Positions 1 through 10,953 of a DNA stretch of 64,000 nt are shown here, one piece after another. A program made the translations under genes and the position numbers. Each line of letters begins with the position of its first letter. The first letter of the stretch is position 1. A model generated the notes under the pieces. That model had not been told where the DNA came from and ran no database searches. It was given only the letters and a program-made list of their open reading frames with translations. The DNA is from Acidobacteriota bacterium (GTDB lineage Bacteria > Acidobacteriota > Vicinamibacteria > Vicinamibacterales > SCN-69-37): the NCBI GenBank assembly GCA_044507065.1, contig JBIQJY010000002.1, forward strand, positions 33,482 to 97,481, given 5' to 3'.

Positions 1-123
1 CTGACCCCCCCCTCGCATTTTCGCCACCGGTTCGCGGTGTGATCGTGATAAACGATCCCCCCACATTGCGATACCGCGGGGTGCAGGCTCCCCGCACATC
101 TGCTCTCCGGGAAGGACGGGAAC

Positions 124-2583
<2,460 letters not shown>

Positions 2584-2697
2584 CGGGGACGGCGCAGACG
2601 GGGGGCTTTCCCGGTCCGGGACGGATTGGGCGCTGCCTGAGGATTCCATGGCGCCATTTCCCGCGGCGTGGTGTCTAATCGGATCATACGGGGTTCG

Positions 2698-2727
2698 TTG
2701 ACACTATTTTTCGGCTCTGACTATAAT
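2698..2727 (+). promoter_or_regulatory. near-consensus sigma-70 promoter for the tonB-exbB-exbD-exbD operon
   Basis: TTGACA (2698-2703), 18-nt spacer, TATAAT (2722-2727). It sits in an AT-richer gap ~135 nt upstream of the tonB GTG. Confidence 0.5.
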
Positions 2728-2861
2728 GCCGGGCCTTTCGAAATCGGTTGCGACATCAGCCTGTGTTGAGCCCGGCCGGTCGGATCTCCCGGGGCGGCGC
2801 CTGTGGGCGGCCGTTACGGGGTAGTGGAAGTTGTCTCGAAGTGTTGTAAGGAGGTTGGCCA

Positions 2862-3569
2862 GTGGCACGCGATATGTTCGGCGACGTCGTTGACCCTTCA
2901 ATCAAGTTGGGCACCCAGAAGTGGTACACGGTGCCCCTCTCGATTCTGACGCACGTGGTCATCATCGGCGCGCTGGTCGTCATTCCCCTGATGGCCACCG
3001 ATATGCTGCCGACGCCGCAGTCGGTCATGGCGTTCGCGGTGGCGCCGCCGCCCCCGCCGCCGCCGCCCCCTCCGCCGCCGCCGCCCGCCGCCGAGGCCCC
3101 GCCGCCTCCGCCGCCGGTCGAGGTGGACGTCAACCCGGCGGCCGCCCCGATCGAGGCGCCGAAGGCCATCGTGCCCGAGCCGCCGCCGATCATGCGCTCG
3201 GTCGTCGGCATTCAACCGCCGGCCGCGCCCGTGCAGCAGGCGCCAACCGTGATTGCGGCGCCCCCGCCCCCGCCCCCGCCCGCTCCGCTGCGCGTGGGTG
3301 GCGACATCAAGGAGCCGCGCAAGACGCGTAACGTCCCGCCGGTGTATCCGAAGATCGCCCAGGCGGCCAAGGTCTCCGGCATGGTCATCCTCGAGGCGAC
3401 CATCACCAAGGAAGGCGACGTGCGCGACGTGAAGGTGCTGCGGTCGATCGCCATGCTCGACCAGGCCGCCATCGACGCGGTGCGTCAGTGGAAGTACACG
3501 CCGCCGCTGCTCAACGGCGTGCCCGTCGAAGTCATCATGACCGTCACGGTGAACTTCACGTTGAACTAG
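2862..3569 (+). CDS. tonB: energy transducer TonB
   Basis: GTG start with AAGGAGG 8 nt upstream. N-terminal TM anchor, a long Pro-rich linker with a 15-Pro run, and a C-terminal TonB domain (PVYPKIAQAAKVSGMVILEATITKEGDVRDVKVLRS...QWKYTPPLLNGVPVEVIMTVTVNF). Confidence 0.9.
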   Translation: MARDMFGDVVDPSIKLGTQKWYTVPLSILTHVVIIGALVVIPLMATDMLPTPQSVMAFAVAPPPPPPPPPPPPPPAAEAPPPPPPVEVDVNPAAAPIEAPKAIVPEPPPIMRSVVGIQPPAAPVQQAPTVIAAPPPPPPPAPLRVGGDIKEPRKTRNVPPVYPKIAQAAKVSGMVILEATITKEGDVRDVKVLRSIAMLDQAAIDAVRQWKYTPPLLNGVPVEVIMTVTVNFTLN

Positions 3570-3696
3570 AGCTTTGTGTCAATCAGGTCAGTGGTTCGTT
3601 TGATTCTCTTTGGGTCGGCCCAGCCAGGACGTGACTGGGCTTCTTCAACCGTCCAGGCAGTAGCGGCTGGGACAAGGTAGTTCGGAGGCTGGAAAC

Positions 3697-4368
3697 ATGG
3701 ATATTCTGCAGATGTGGAGTGAGATGAGCCCGCTCGTCAAGGCACTGGCTGGCATCCTCATCTTTATGTCGATGTGGTCGTTCGGCGTCGCCATCGAGCG
3801 GTACTACACGTTCTCTCAGGCACGGAAGCAGTCGAAGCTGTATGCGCCCCAGGTGGCCAAGCACCTGAAGGAAGGCCGGCTGAAGGACGCGATTGCCATC
3901 TCGCAGTCGAAGCAGTTCCAGTACAGCCACCTGGCGAAGGTCGTGCTCGCGGGGCTGCAGGAGTACCAGTTCCAGCAGGAATCGGGTGGTTCGATTGACC
4001 GTGGCGACATGGTCGACACCGTGCGTCGCGCGATTCAGCGCGCCAGCGCGCTGACCGCCAACGACCTCAAGAAGGGCATTCCCTCGCTCGCCACGATCGG
4101 CGCCACGGCCCCGTTCCTCGGGCTGCTCGGGACGACCATCGGCGTCATCAACGCGTTCCACGGCATTTCGACGTCCGGATCGGGCGGCCTCGGCGCCATC
4201 TCGGGCGGTATCTCGGAAGCCCTCGTGAAGACCGCGCTCGGCCTGTTCGTGGCCATTCCCGCGGTGTGGATGTACAACTACTTCGCTGGCCGGCTCGAGT
4301 ATCTCAACGTCGAGATGGCCAATTCGTCGTCGGAACTGGTCGACTACTTCATCAAGAAGTCGGCGTAA
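3697..4368 (+). CDS. exbB: MotA/TolQ/ExbB proton-channel protein
   Basis: 223 aa with 3 TM segments. Conserved channel region LATIGATAPFLGLLGTTIGVINAF...ISEALVKTALGLFVAIPAV. GGAGG SD upstream. Confidence 0.9.
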   Translation: MDILQMWSEMSPLVKALAGILIFMSMWSFGVAIERYYTFSQARKQSKLYAPQVAKHLKEGRLKDAIAISQSKQFQYSHLAKVVLAGLQEYQFQQESGGSIDRGDMVDTVRRAIQRASALTANDLKKGIPSLATIGATAPFLGLLGTTIGVINAFHGISTSGSGGLGAISGGISEALVKTALGLFVAIPAVWMYNYFAGRLEYLNVEMANSSSELVDYFIKKSA

Positions 4369-4380
4369 GGAGTACCCGCC

Positions 4381-4812
4381 ATGGCAATGGATGTTGGCGG
4401 CGCGAAAGGCGGGATCAAGTCCGACATCAACGTCACACCGCTGGTGGACGTGATGCTCGTGCTCCTGATCATCGTCATGCTGGTCGCCCCTCTGATTCAG
4501 CAGGGCGTGCAGTTGACGTTGCCCACGGCCGGAAACACGGTGCCGAAGCCTGACACCGACGAACAGACCACGGTCTACGTCGATGGCAGTGGCCGGCTCT
4601 ACGTCAATGCGATCGAGATGACCGAGACCGAAGTGATTACCAGGCTTCGGGAAGTCGTCGAGGGTGGCGATTCGCAGACGATCTACCTGAAGGGCGACGT
4701 GGATGCGCCCTACAGCTCCATCATGCAGATGATGGACGCCCTCCGGGCGGCCAGGATCGAGACGGTAGCGCTGATCACGGAAACGACGGCGGCGTTCGAA
4801 GGAGAGCAGTAA
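4381..4812 (+). CDS. exbD: biopolymer transporter ExbD/TolR
   Basis: 143 aa with the N-terminal motif INVTPLVDVMLVLLIIVML and a periplasmic domain (LYVNAIE...IYLKGDVDAPYSSIMQMMDAL). AAGGAG SD upstream. Confidence 0.9.
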   Translation: MAMDVGGAKGGIKSDINVTPLVDVMLVLLIIVMLVAPLIQQGVQLTLPTAGNTVPKPDTDEQTTVYVDGSGRLYVNAIEMTETEVITRLREVVEGGDSQTIYLKGDVDAPYSSIMQMMDALRAARIETVALITETTAAFEGEQ

Positions 4813-5273
4813 TGTCGGATCAACGCCATCACGGAGCCGAGGAGATCACGCAGGTCGAGGAGGCCCACGTTTCATCCGACATGAACGTGACGCCCTTCAT
4901 CGACGTGCTGCTCGTGCTGCTGGTCGTCTTCCTCGCCGCGCTTCCGCTGACGCAGCGCGGCGTGGACATCAACCTGCCGCTCGAGACCAGCCGCAATACC
5001 TCGCAGGCTGAAACGCTCGGTCAGGTGGTCGTCAACTACACGGCCGACCACCGGCTGACGATCAACCAGCAGGAAGTGCCGATCTCGATGGCCACCGAAC
5101 GGTTCGCGGAAATCTTCCGTGACCGCCGGGAGAAGACGCTGTTTCTCATCGGCGCGGGCACGGTCCGCTACGGCGAGATCATGGCCGTCATCGACGCCGC
5201 CGTCGGCGGCGGCGTCGAGAAGGTCGGCATCGTCACCGACGGCATGCGTCGGGAAGCGGCCGGGGGCAACTAG
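4812..5273 (+). CDS. exbD: biopolymer transporter ExbD/TolR (second paralog)
   Basis: 153 aa with MNVTPFIDVLLVLLVVFL and TLFLIGAGTVRYGEIMAVIDA. Its start abuts the stop of the previous exbD (TAATG), and AAGGAGAG lies upstream. Confidence 0.9.
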   Translation: MSDQRHHGAEEITQVEEAHVSSDMNVTPFIDVLLVLLVVFLAALPLTQRGVDINLPLETSRNTSQAETLGQVVVNYTADHRLTINQQEVPISMATERFAEIFRDRREKTLFLIGAGTVRYGEIMAVIDAAVGGGVEKVGIVTDGMRREAAGGN

Positions 5274-5308
5274 CCGACGCGGCTCCCGCCGCGACGGGCA
5301 CGCACTGA

Positions 5309-5360
5309 ACCGGGGTGACCGGGCGCGCTTCGCGCCGCGGTCACCCCGGTTTTCTTTTTC
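5309..5360 (+). terminator. intrinsic terminator of the tonB-exbBDD operon
   Basis: 19-bp GC-rich stem with one bulge (ACCGGGGTGACCGGGCGCG / CGCGCCGCGGTCACCCCGGT) and a 3-nt loop. It is followed directly by TTTCTTTTT. Confidence 0.7.
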
Positions 5361-5889
5361 CGCCGCAACTCCGCCGCCCCTCATGGCCCGCCCGCCAGAC
5401 GGCCCGTCCATCGTTTTGTCCGCCAACCCTCCGTGGCATCGTGTCGCTGGACACGCCTGCACACCGCGCTGGCCTTCTCCATCAGCACCGAACCGTCCAC
5501 CGACCCGTCGTGCCTCCGTGGTTTCAATTTGCCCGGCCGTGGGCCAGCGATGGCCGTCGCGATCGGCACCGCGAATCACGAAGGCGCGAATGCGCCCAGG
5601 CTGGACAGTCCAGGCACCGGGCGGGTCGCCGTCGCCTGCCGCGCCGCGACCCGCTCGCCCGGGCTGCAGTCTGCCCTGCGGCGGGCGTCTTGCCTCGTCG
5701 GAGACCGACGCTCATGCCAGGCCGTGGGTTGCGCGACGTGGGCTGTCACAGACAGGGGGCCGTGCCATGGCGAGGCGGGGCGTGGGCCGGCCGAGGGCGG
5801 TCCAGGATGTGCGCGTCAGCGCGGCGCGGGCGGGCCGACGACAGGCCGGAGATTTGTGGGGGAAGAGGGGGAGACGAGGGCGCGTGGCT

Positions 5890-5936
5890 GAAAAAAGCAA
5901 ACGGGGCAACGGCTCCGATGCCGTTGCCCCGTTTGC
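5890..5936 (-). terminator. intrinsic terminator of the TPR lipoprotein gene
   Basis: Perfect 17-bp stem (5897-5913 pairs with 5920-5936) with a 6-nt loop. On the minus strand it is followed by TTTTTTC (complement of 5890-5896), 26 nt after the stop at 5962. Confidence 0.7.
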
Positions 5937-5961
5937 GGGACGTGCGGTGCGCCGGTTCAGG

Positions 5962-6954
5962 CTATGACGCTGTCTGGGCGGCGTCTCCGGCCTGTCGGGA
6001 CTCGATCTCCTCGACACGGTCGGCCAGCGCGTCGGCCTCGGCCACGAGCTTGTTGATGACGGCCCGGTCGCGCTCCTTGCTGGCGCGCAGCCGAATCAGC
6101 AGCTCCTTGTAGCGGACGGCGTCGACGTAGTCCTGGTTGAGCGCCAGGGCGCGGTCCTCGGCCTCCACGCCGCGCTGGAGGTACTCGATGCCCTGCTCGC
6201 GCGGGACCGCCGTGTCGCGGTAGACCTTGTCGTAGTAGTAGGTCCCCATCGTGTGCCAGGCTTCCGGGTTGTTCGGCTCGAGCTCGGCGCGCTTCTGGAG
6301 CGCGTCCATGAGCTTGTCGAACTCGAACTGGCGGTTGTAGAAGCCGGCAATCAGCTGATACCCGAGGGCGTCGGTTGGCCGCACCTCGATGGCCTGGCGG
6401 AACATCGCTTCGGCCTGTTCGAAATCGCCCTGGTCCTCGTACAGCCGCGCGAGGAGCTGGTAGTTGGCCGCATCGTTCGGCTGGAACTGGATGAGCTCCT
6501 TGGCCACCGGCTCGGCCCGGGAGAAGTCGTCGAGCTTGTCGGAGCCGTAGAGTGCGATGAGGAACTCGAACGAACGCTTGCGGAACTCGGCAGCCTGGGG
6601 GTCGGTAGCGGCCGGCTCGGCCAGCTTGTCGATTGCCAGGCGGTAGTTCTCGGCGGCCTTCGGCAGCAGGGCATCGTTCTCAGCCTCGCCGCGCCGGGCG
6701 GACCGGTACTGGTTGTCGTAGCTGTTGGCCAGGTAGAAGTAGGAGAACCCGAAGTCGGCGTTGTGGCTGATAGACTCTTCGAACTTCGCCGTCGCGCCTC
6801 GGTAGTCGCCCTTCTGGTAGAAGGTCAGGCCGTCCTTGAAAGCCTTGAGCGAGCGAATGCTGCTCAGAGAATACTTGCCGCAAGCACTCGTCGCCATGGT
6901 CGCGACGGCAAGGCCGGCGACGAGCGCGACCATGCGGGTCAATCGGAATTGCAT
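5962..6954 (-). CDS. TPR-repeat lipoprotein
   Basis: Start moved to MQFRLTRMVALVAGLAVATMATSAC (signal peptide plus lipobox Cys). The body is repeated TPR-like helices (YYLANSY, NYQLLARLYEDQGDFEQAEAMFRQAIEVRPTDALGY, PEAWHTMGTYYY). The upstream 47 codons of the ORF look non-coding. Confidence 0.8.
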   Translation of the reverse strand: MQFRLTRMVALVAGLAVATMATSACGKYSLSSIRSLKAFKDGLTFYQKGDYRGATAKFEESISHNADFGFSYFYLANSYDNQYRSARRGEAENDALLPKAAENYRLAIDKLAEPAATDPQAAEFRKRSFEFLIALYGSDKLDDFSRAEPVAKELIQFQPNDAANYQLLARLYEDQGDFEQAEAMFRQAIEVRPTDALGYQLIAGFYNRQFEFDKLMDALQKRAELEPNNPEAWHTMGTYYYDKVYRDTAVPREQGIEYLQRGVEAEDRALALNQDYVDAVRYKELLIRLRASKERDRAVINKLVAEADALADRVEEIESRQAGDAAQTAS

Positions 6955-7174
6955 GCCACGTCCCCTTTCGTGTCGCCGAGGTCTGCCCCAGGCGGCAATC
7001 GAAGTGTCTAGAACCGGCTCAGTATAGTGACCGGTCCGAAGGTCGTCAAGCAGAGCGGGGCCCCGGATGCAGCCCGTTTGCCTGCCAAAATCCAACAGTT
7101 TGGTCCGTTTCCGGTATCATGCGATCAGCACACCGGCTGATCCCACCCGGTTATCTGATTAGACACCGGCCTTT

Positions 7175-9355
7175 ATGATCCGGTTCGAAGACCTACTGGA
7201 AAAGGTACGTGCGTTCAGTCCGGACGCCGACCTCGAGCTGCTCAGGCGGGCCTACGTGTTTTCGGCCTACGAGCACAAGGGACAGGTCCGCCGATCGGGG
7301 GAGCCCTACCTCGTCCACCCTCTGCAGGTGGCGGATCTGCTCGCGGACATGCGGCTCGACGTCGTCGCCATTGCCGCCGGCCTGCTCCACGACATCGTCG
7401 AAGACACCCCCAACACGATCGAGAAAGTCCGCGAGTTGTTCGGCGAGCAGGTGGCTCACGTCGTCGAGGGTGTCACCAAGCTGTCGAGCCTGCAGTTCGC
7501 GTCGAGTGAGGAGCGGCAGGCCGAGAGCTTCCGCAAGATGCTCATGGCGATGGTCGATGACATCCGCGTCATCCTCGTGAAGCTCGCCGACCGGCTCCAC
7601 AACATGCGGACGCTCCACCACCTGCCCGAAGACCGGCGGGCCCGCATTGCGCAGGAGACGCGCGACATCTATGCGCCGCTCGCCAATCGGCTGGGCATGA
7701 GCAAGGTCAAGAACGAACTCGAGGAACTGGCCTTCCGCTACCTGGAGCCGGCGACCTACCAGACGCTCCGGCTCGAGGTCGAGCGCATGCGCCAGGCCAC
7801 CGAAGGCCTGATCGACACGCTGCGTCGCCAGCTCGAGACCCACCTCGACGAGGCGCAGATTTCCGTCGTCCGGATCGACGGGCGCATCAAACGCCTGTGG
7901 TCGATCCACCAGAAACTGCAGCGGCAGAAGATCTCGCTCGACCAGGTCTACGACTTCATCGCCCTGCGCGTGATTACGACGAGCGTCAAGGACTGCTACG
8001 GCGTGCTCGGCATCGTGCACCAGGTGTGGTCGCCCGTCCACGGGCGGTTCAAGGACTTCATTGCGATGCCGCGCCCGAACGGCTATCAGTCGCTGCACAC
8101 GTCGGTGGTGGGCGACGGCGGCGTGCCCTTCGAACTGCAGATCCGCACCGAAGAAATGCACCGCGTCGCCGAAGAGGGCATCGCCGCGCACTGGAAGTAC
8201 AAGGAAGGCCGCGTCGGCGCCGACCGCGACGAGCAGTACTTCGCCTGGCTGCGGCGGCTGCTCGAACTGCAGCAGGAGGTGCGCGACCCGCAGGAGTTCA
8301 TGCAGAACCTGCGGATCGAGCTGTACCCGGAAGACGTCTACATCTTCACGCCGAAAGGCGAGGTGAAGTCGCTGCCGCGCGGCGCGACGGCCGTCGACTT
8401 CGCGTACTTCGTCCACACCGACGTCGGCCACCGCTGCGTGGGCGTCCGCGTCAACGGGCGAATGGTGCCGCTGCGCACCCGTCTGAACAACGGCGACATT
8501 GTCGAGGTCCTGACGCAACCCGGCCACACGCCGAGCCGGGACTGGCTGACGTTCGTCGCCACGTCCAGGGCCCGCAACAAGATCAAGCACTTCATCCATG
8601 CGGAAGAGAAAGCGCGAAGCGTGGAGCTGGGGCGACGCCTGTTCGACAAGGAACTGCGACGGTTCACGGTCGACCGCGCGTCTGTGACCGACGACGCACT
8701 GGCACGGGTGGCAAGCGAGTTCAGCGCCCAGCGGGTCGACGACCTGTACGCGTCGATTGGCTACGGCAAGGTCACGGCGCGCGCGGTGCTGACGCGACTG
8801 GTGGGCAAGGATGCGCTGCAGGAGCGGGAGGTGGAGCCGGTCTCGCCGGCCGCCGCCCGCCGCGCCAGCCCGACGGCCGAGGACCAGAAGATCAAGGTCC
8901 GCGGCGTCGACGACGTCATGGTCTTCCGGGCGAAGTGCTGCAACCCGATTCGCGGTGAGAAGATCGTGGGCTACATCACGCGCGGCAAGGGTGTCTCCGT
9001 GCACGCGACCGGGTGTCCCAATGTGGTGAACCTGCTGTTCGATCCCGAGCGTCGGATCGACGTGGAATGGGACACCGGCACCGACACGCTGCCCTACACG
9101 GTCCGTCTCAAGGTGAGCGTGGAAGATCGGCGCGGCATTCTCGCCGACGTCACGGCGTGCGTGGCCGACGTGAACACCAATATCCGCGACGTCGAGGCCA
9201 ACGCTGACGAAGACCACCGCGGCTCGATCCGCATGACGGTCGAGATCAGTGATCTCCGGCACCTGGAAAAGGTGATGTCGTCGATTCGAAAGGTGGAGGG
9301 GGTGCTGGCCGTCGAGCGCGCCGCGCGCGAGGCCGGGGTTACCGTGCGGCGATGA
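7175..9355 (+). CDS. spoT: bifunctional (p)ppGpp synthetase/hydrolase (RelA/SpoT homolog)
   Basis: 726 aa. HD hydrolase domain (HPLQVA...LLHDIVEDT), synthetase domain (YDFIALRVI...GYQSLHTSV...ELQIRTEEMH), TGS domain (IFTPKGEVKSLPRGATAVDFAY), C-terminal ACT domain. Confidence 0.96.
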   Translation: MIRFEDLLEKVRAFSPDADLELLRRAYVFSAYEHKGQVRRSGEPYLVHPLQVADLLADMRLDVVAIAAGLLHDIVEDTPNTIEKVRELFGEQVAHVVEGVTKLSSLQFASSEERQAESFRKMLMAMVDDIRVILVKLADRLHNMRTLHHLPEDRRARIAQETRDIYAPLANRLGMSKVKNELEELAFRYLEPATYQTLRLEVERMRQATEGLIDTLRRQLETHLDEAQISVVRIDGRIKRLWSIHQKLQRQKISLDQVYDFIALRVITTSVKDCYGVLGIVHQVWSPVHGRFKDFIAMPRPNGYQSLHTSVVGDGGVPFELQIRTEEMHRVAEEGIAAHWKYKEGRVGADRDEQYFAWLRRLLELQQEVRDPQEFMQNLRIELYPEDVYIFTPKGEVKSLPRGATAVDFAYFVHTDVGHRCVGVRVNGRMVPLRTRLNNGDIVEVLTQPGHTPSRDWLTFVATSRARNKIKHFIHAEEKARSVELGRRLFDKELRRFTVDRASVTDDALARVASEFSAQRVDDLYASIGYGKVTARAVLTRLVGKDALQEREVEPVSPAAARRASPTAEDQKIKVRGVDDVMVFRAKCCNPIRGEKIVGYITRGKGVSVHATGCPNVVNLLFDPERRIDVEWDTGTDTLPYTVRLKVSVEDRRGILADVTACVADVNTNIRDVEANADEDHRGSIRMTVEISDLRHLEKVMSSIRKVEGVLAVERAAREAGVTVRR

Positions 9356-9743
9356 CGTCGATTTCCACGCGGACGTCGCGTGGGAGTCTGGAGACCTCGA
9401 CGGTCGATCGGGCCGGAGGCGGTGTCCCCATGTGGGCGGCGTACACCGCGTTCATGGCGGCGAAATCCGACATGTCGGCCAGATAGACCGTTGCCTTGAC
9501 GATGTGCTGGAACGACAGGCCTGCCGCCGCCAGGACGGCACCGAGGTTCTGCAGCACCTGGGTAGTCTGTGCGGCGGTGTCCTGGCCGACAATGGCGCCG
9601 GTGGCCGGGTCGACGGGGATTTGGCCCGAGACGAACAGGAAGTCGCCGTGCCGGATGGCCTGGCTGTACGGGCCGATGGCGGCCGGCGCGTCAGGCGTCG
9701 AGACGGCTTCGCGGCCGTCTCGCGGGGGTTCGGTTGGCGGCAT
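9339..9743 (-). CDS. ridA: RidA/YjgF-family reactive-intermediate deaminase
   Basis: 134 aa with APAAIGPYSQAI...FVSGQIP...TVYLADMSDFAAMNAVY...PARSTVEVSRLPRDVRVEI. Confidence 0.9.
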   Translation of the reverse strand: MPPTEPPRDGREAVSTPDAPAAIGPYSQAIRHGDFLFVSGQIPVDPATGAIVGQDTAAQTTQVLQNLGAVLAAAGLSFQHIVKATVYLADMSDFAAMNAVYAAHMGTPPPARSTVEVSRLPRDVRVEIDVIAAR

Positions 9744-9776
9744 GGGCTCGCGGTCGACGACTGTCGTGAACCGGGG

Positions 9777-9968
9777 CTAGGCGGCCTTGACCACCTTGTT
9801 GGATCGGATGCACCGGGTGCACACGCGAAGCCGGCGGATCCCGCCGTTCACGATGGCGCGAACCCGCTGCAGGTTGGGCTCGAAGCGCCGGGAGCTGACG
9901 TTGTGGGCGTGGCTGACGATCCGTCCGAAGACGGGTGCCTTCCCGCAGATTTCACATTGCTTGGCCAT
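9777..9968 (-). CDS. rpmB: 50S ribosomal protein L28
   Basis: Only the last 63 aa of the 192-aa ORF are protein-like (MAKQCEICGKAPVFGRIVSHAHNVSSRRFEPNLQRVRAIVNGGIRRLRVCTRCIRSNKVVKAA). The ATG is at 9968. Confidence 0.95.
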   Translation of the reverse strand: MAKQCEICGKAPVFGRIVSHAHNVSSRRFEPNLQRVRAIVNGGIRRLRVCTRCIRSNKVVKAA

Positions 9969-10255
9969 GTTCAGATGCGTCCGTATGTGATGGCGGGACG
10001 GGCCCGCGGTACGAAAAACGCCCAAGTATAACAGAGGCGCCGGCTTCTGCGCGCAGGGCATATAATAAGTGTTCAAACAAGGAACTCTTCGGGCCTGGCA
10101 GGCGTCTAACCTCCCTGCATCCACCCCGTGGCCCGAGGCGCTTTGGGTGGGTGTCCGGGCAACGGGCTGTCCAATTGTTCCGTATACGAGTGACAGTCCG
10201 ACAACCGCCCGATAGGCCTTGGGGGCTTTACAGGCGGTCGTTGTTAGGGTAGAAT

Positions 10256-10271
10256 TGGCACTTTTATTGCT
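10256..10271 (+). promoter_or_regulatory. sigma-54 (RpoN) -24/-12 promoter
   Basis: TGGCAC (10256-10261), 5 nt (TTTTA), TTGCT (10267-10271). This is an exact match to TGGCAC-N5-TTGCW with canonical GG/GC spacing, ~70 nt upstream of the DksA/TraR-family start. Confidence 0.55.
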
Positions 10272-10339
10272 TTGGGTCGGAACATCATAGTGCGGACCAT
10301 ACATAGCTCGCTTCGGCGGGACGACCCCAGGAGGGCGCA

Positions 10340-10786
10340 ATGACTCGACGGACAAGCAAGACGGAGATGGCTGGCGCGCGGTATGCGGAACTGAAGCGCA
10401 TCCTCGAAGAGCGTCGCCGCGAAATCCTCAACGAAGTCCAGGAGAAGATGCGCGACGTCCGGGCCATCGGTGCGTCGGGCGAAGGACAGGGTGTCCTCGA
10501 CGCCGCGGAGACGACCGAGGCCGACATTCAGGATGACATCGAGCTCGCACTCATCCAGATGAAGTCCGAGACCCTGCACAAGATCGAGGAGGCGCTGTCG
10601 CGCCTCGACGAGCAGACCTACGGCTACTGCTTCGAATGCGGCGACGAGATTTCCGAGCGTCGCCTGCGCGCGCTGCCCTTTGCGGTCCGCTGCAAGGATT
10701 GTGAAGAGGCACGCGAGATGGCCGAACTTCGCGAGCGTCATCAGACGCAGCGGCGTTCGGCGGGCTTCCTGCTCGACCTGAACTGA
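10340..10786 (+). CDS. DksA/TraR-family C4-type zinc-finger protein
   Basis: 148 aa. Coiled-coil N-terminal part with an acidic tip (EADIQDDIELA) and a C-terminal CFECGDEISERRLRALPFAVRCKDC (CxxC-N17-CxxC). AGGAGG SD upstream. Confidence 0.9.
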   Translation: MTRRTSKTEMAGARYAELKRILEERRREILNEVQEKMRDVRAIGASGEGQGVLDAAETTEADIQDDIELALIQMKSETLHKIEEALSRLDEQTYGYCFECGDEISERRLRALPFAVRCKDCEEAREMAELRERHQTQRRSAGFLLDLN

Positions 10787-10809
10787 GTCCAGGCGATCCA
10801 GCTGCAAGA

Positions 10810-10854
10810 GACGCGCAGGCCCGCCGGATGGCGGGACCTGCGCGTCGCTTTTTT
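10810..10854 (+). terminator. intrinsic terminator after the DksA/TraR gene
   Basis: GC-rich stem of ~13-16 bp (GCGCAGGCCCGCC / GGCGGGACCTGCGC, one bulged A) with a GGAT loop, followed by a TTTTTT run at 10849-10854. Confidence 0.6.
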
Positions 10855-10953
10855 CGCGCACTTCCCGCCTTTTTGAACAGGAACAGGTCGGCTTCGTGCC
10901 GGCCGATGCGTCACGCCAGGCCCGGCCCGGCGTGACATCAAGGGGGAATCGTC

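Noticed and set aside
3043-3115. A long CCG/GCC-rich simple-sequence tract that looks like a microsatellite.
   Set aside because: It is in frame within tonB and encodes the Pro-rich (15 consecutive Pro) periplasm-spanning linker typical of TonB. It is not an independent repeat element.
5119-6112. ORFs of 282, 265 and 152 aa covering the exbD-TPR gap.
   Set aside because: The translations are low-complexity Arg/Pro/Ala strings. They run across two strong terminators and the convergent TPR gene. Treated as non-coding; see the finding on the orphan gap.
7193-9262. Very long antisense ORFs opposite well-conserved genes. Examples: 7193-9262(-), 10741-13275(-), 16902-19118(+), 24016-26052(+), 36567-39413(-), 43863-46166(-), 61210-63369(-).
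   Set aside because: Their translations are Arg/Gly/Pro/His-rich with no motifs, and they mirror strongly supported genes (relA/spoT, lon, ileS, pgi, addB, apbC/M16, M20/ku). These are typical stop-codon-poor shadow frames of high-GC DNA.
9969-10355. Upstream 129 codons of the 192-aa ORF containing L28.
   Set aside because: Only the last 63 aa match ribosomal protein L28. The upstream part crosses the AT-richer intergenic region and the dksA-like 5' end and looks non-coding.
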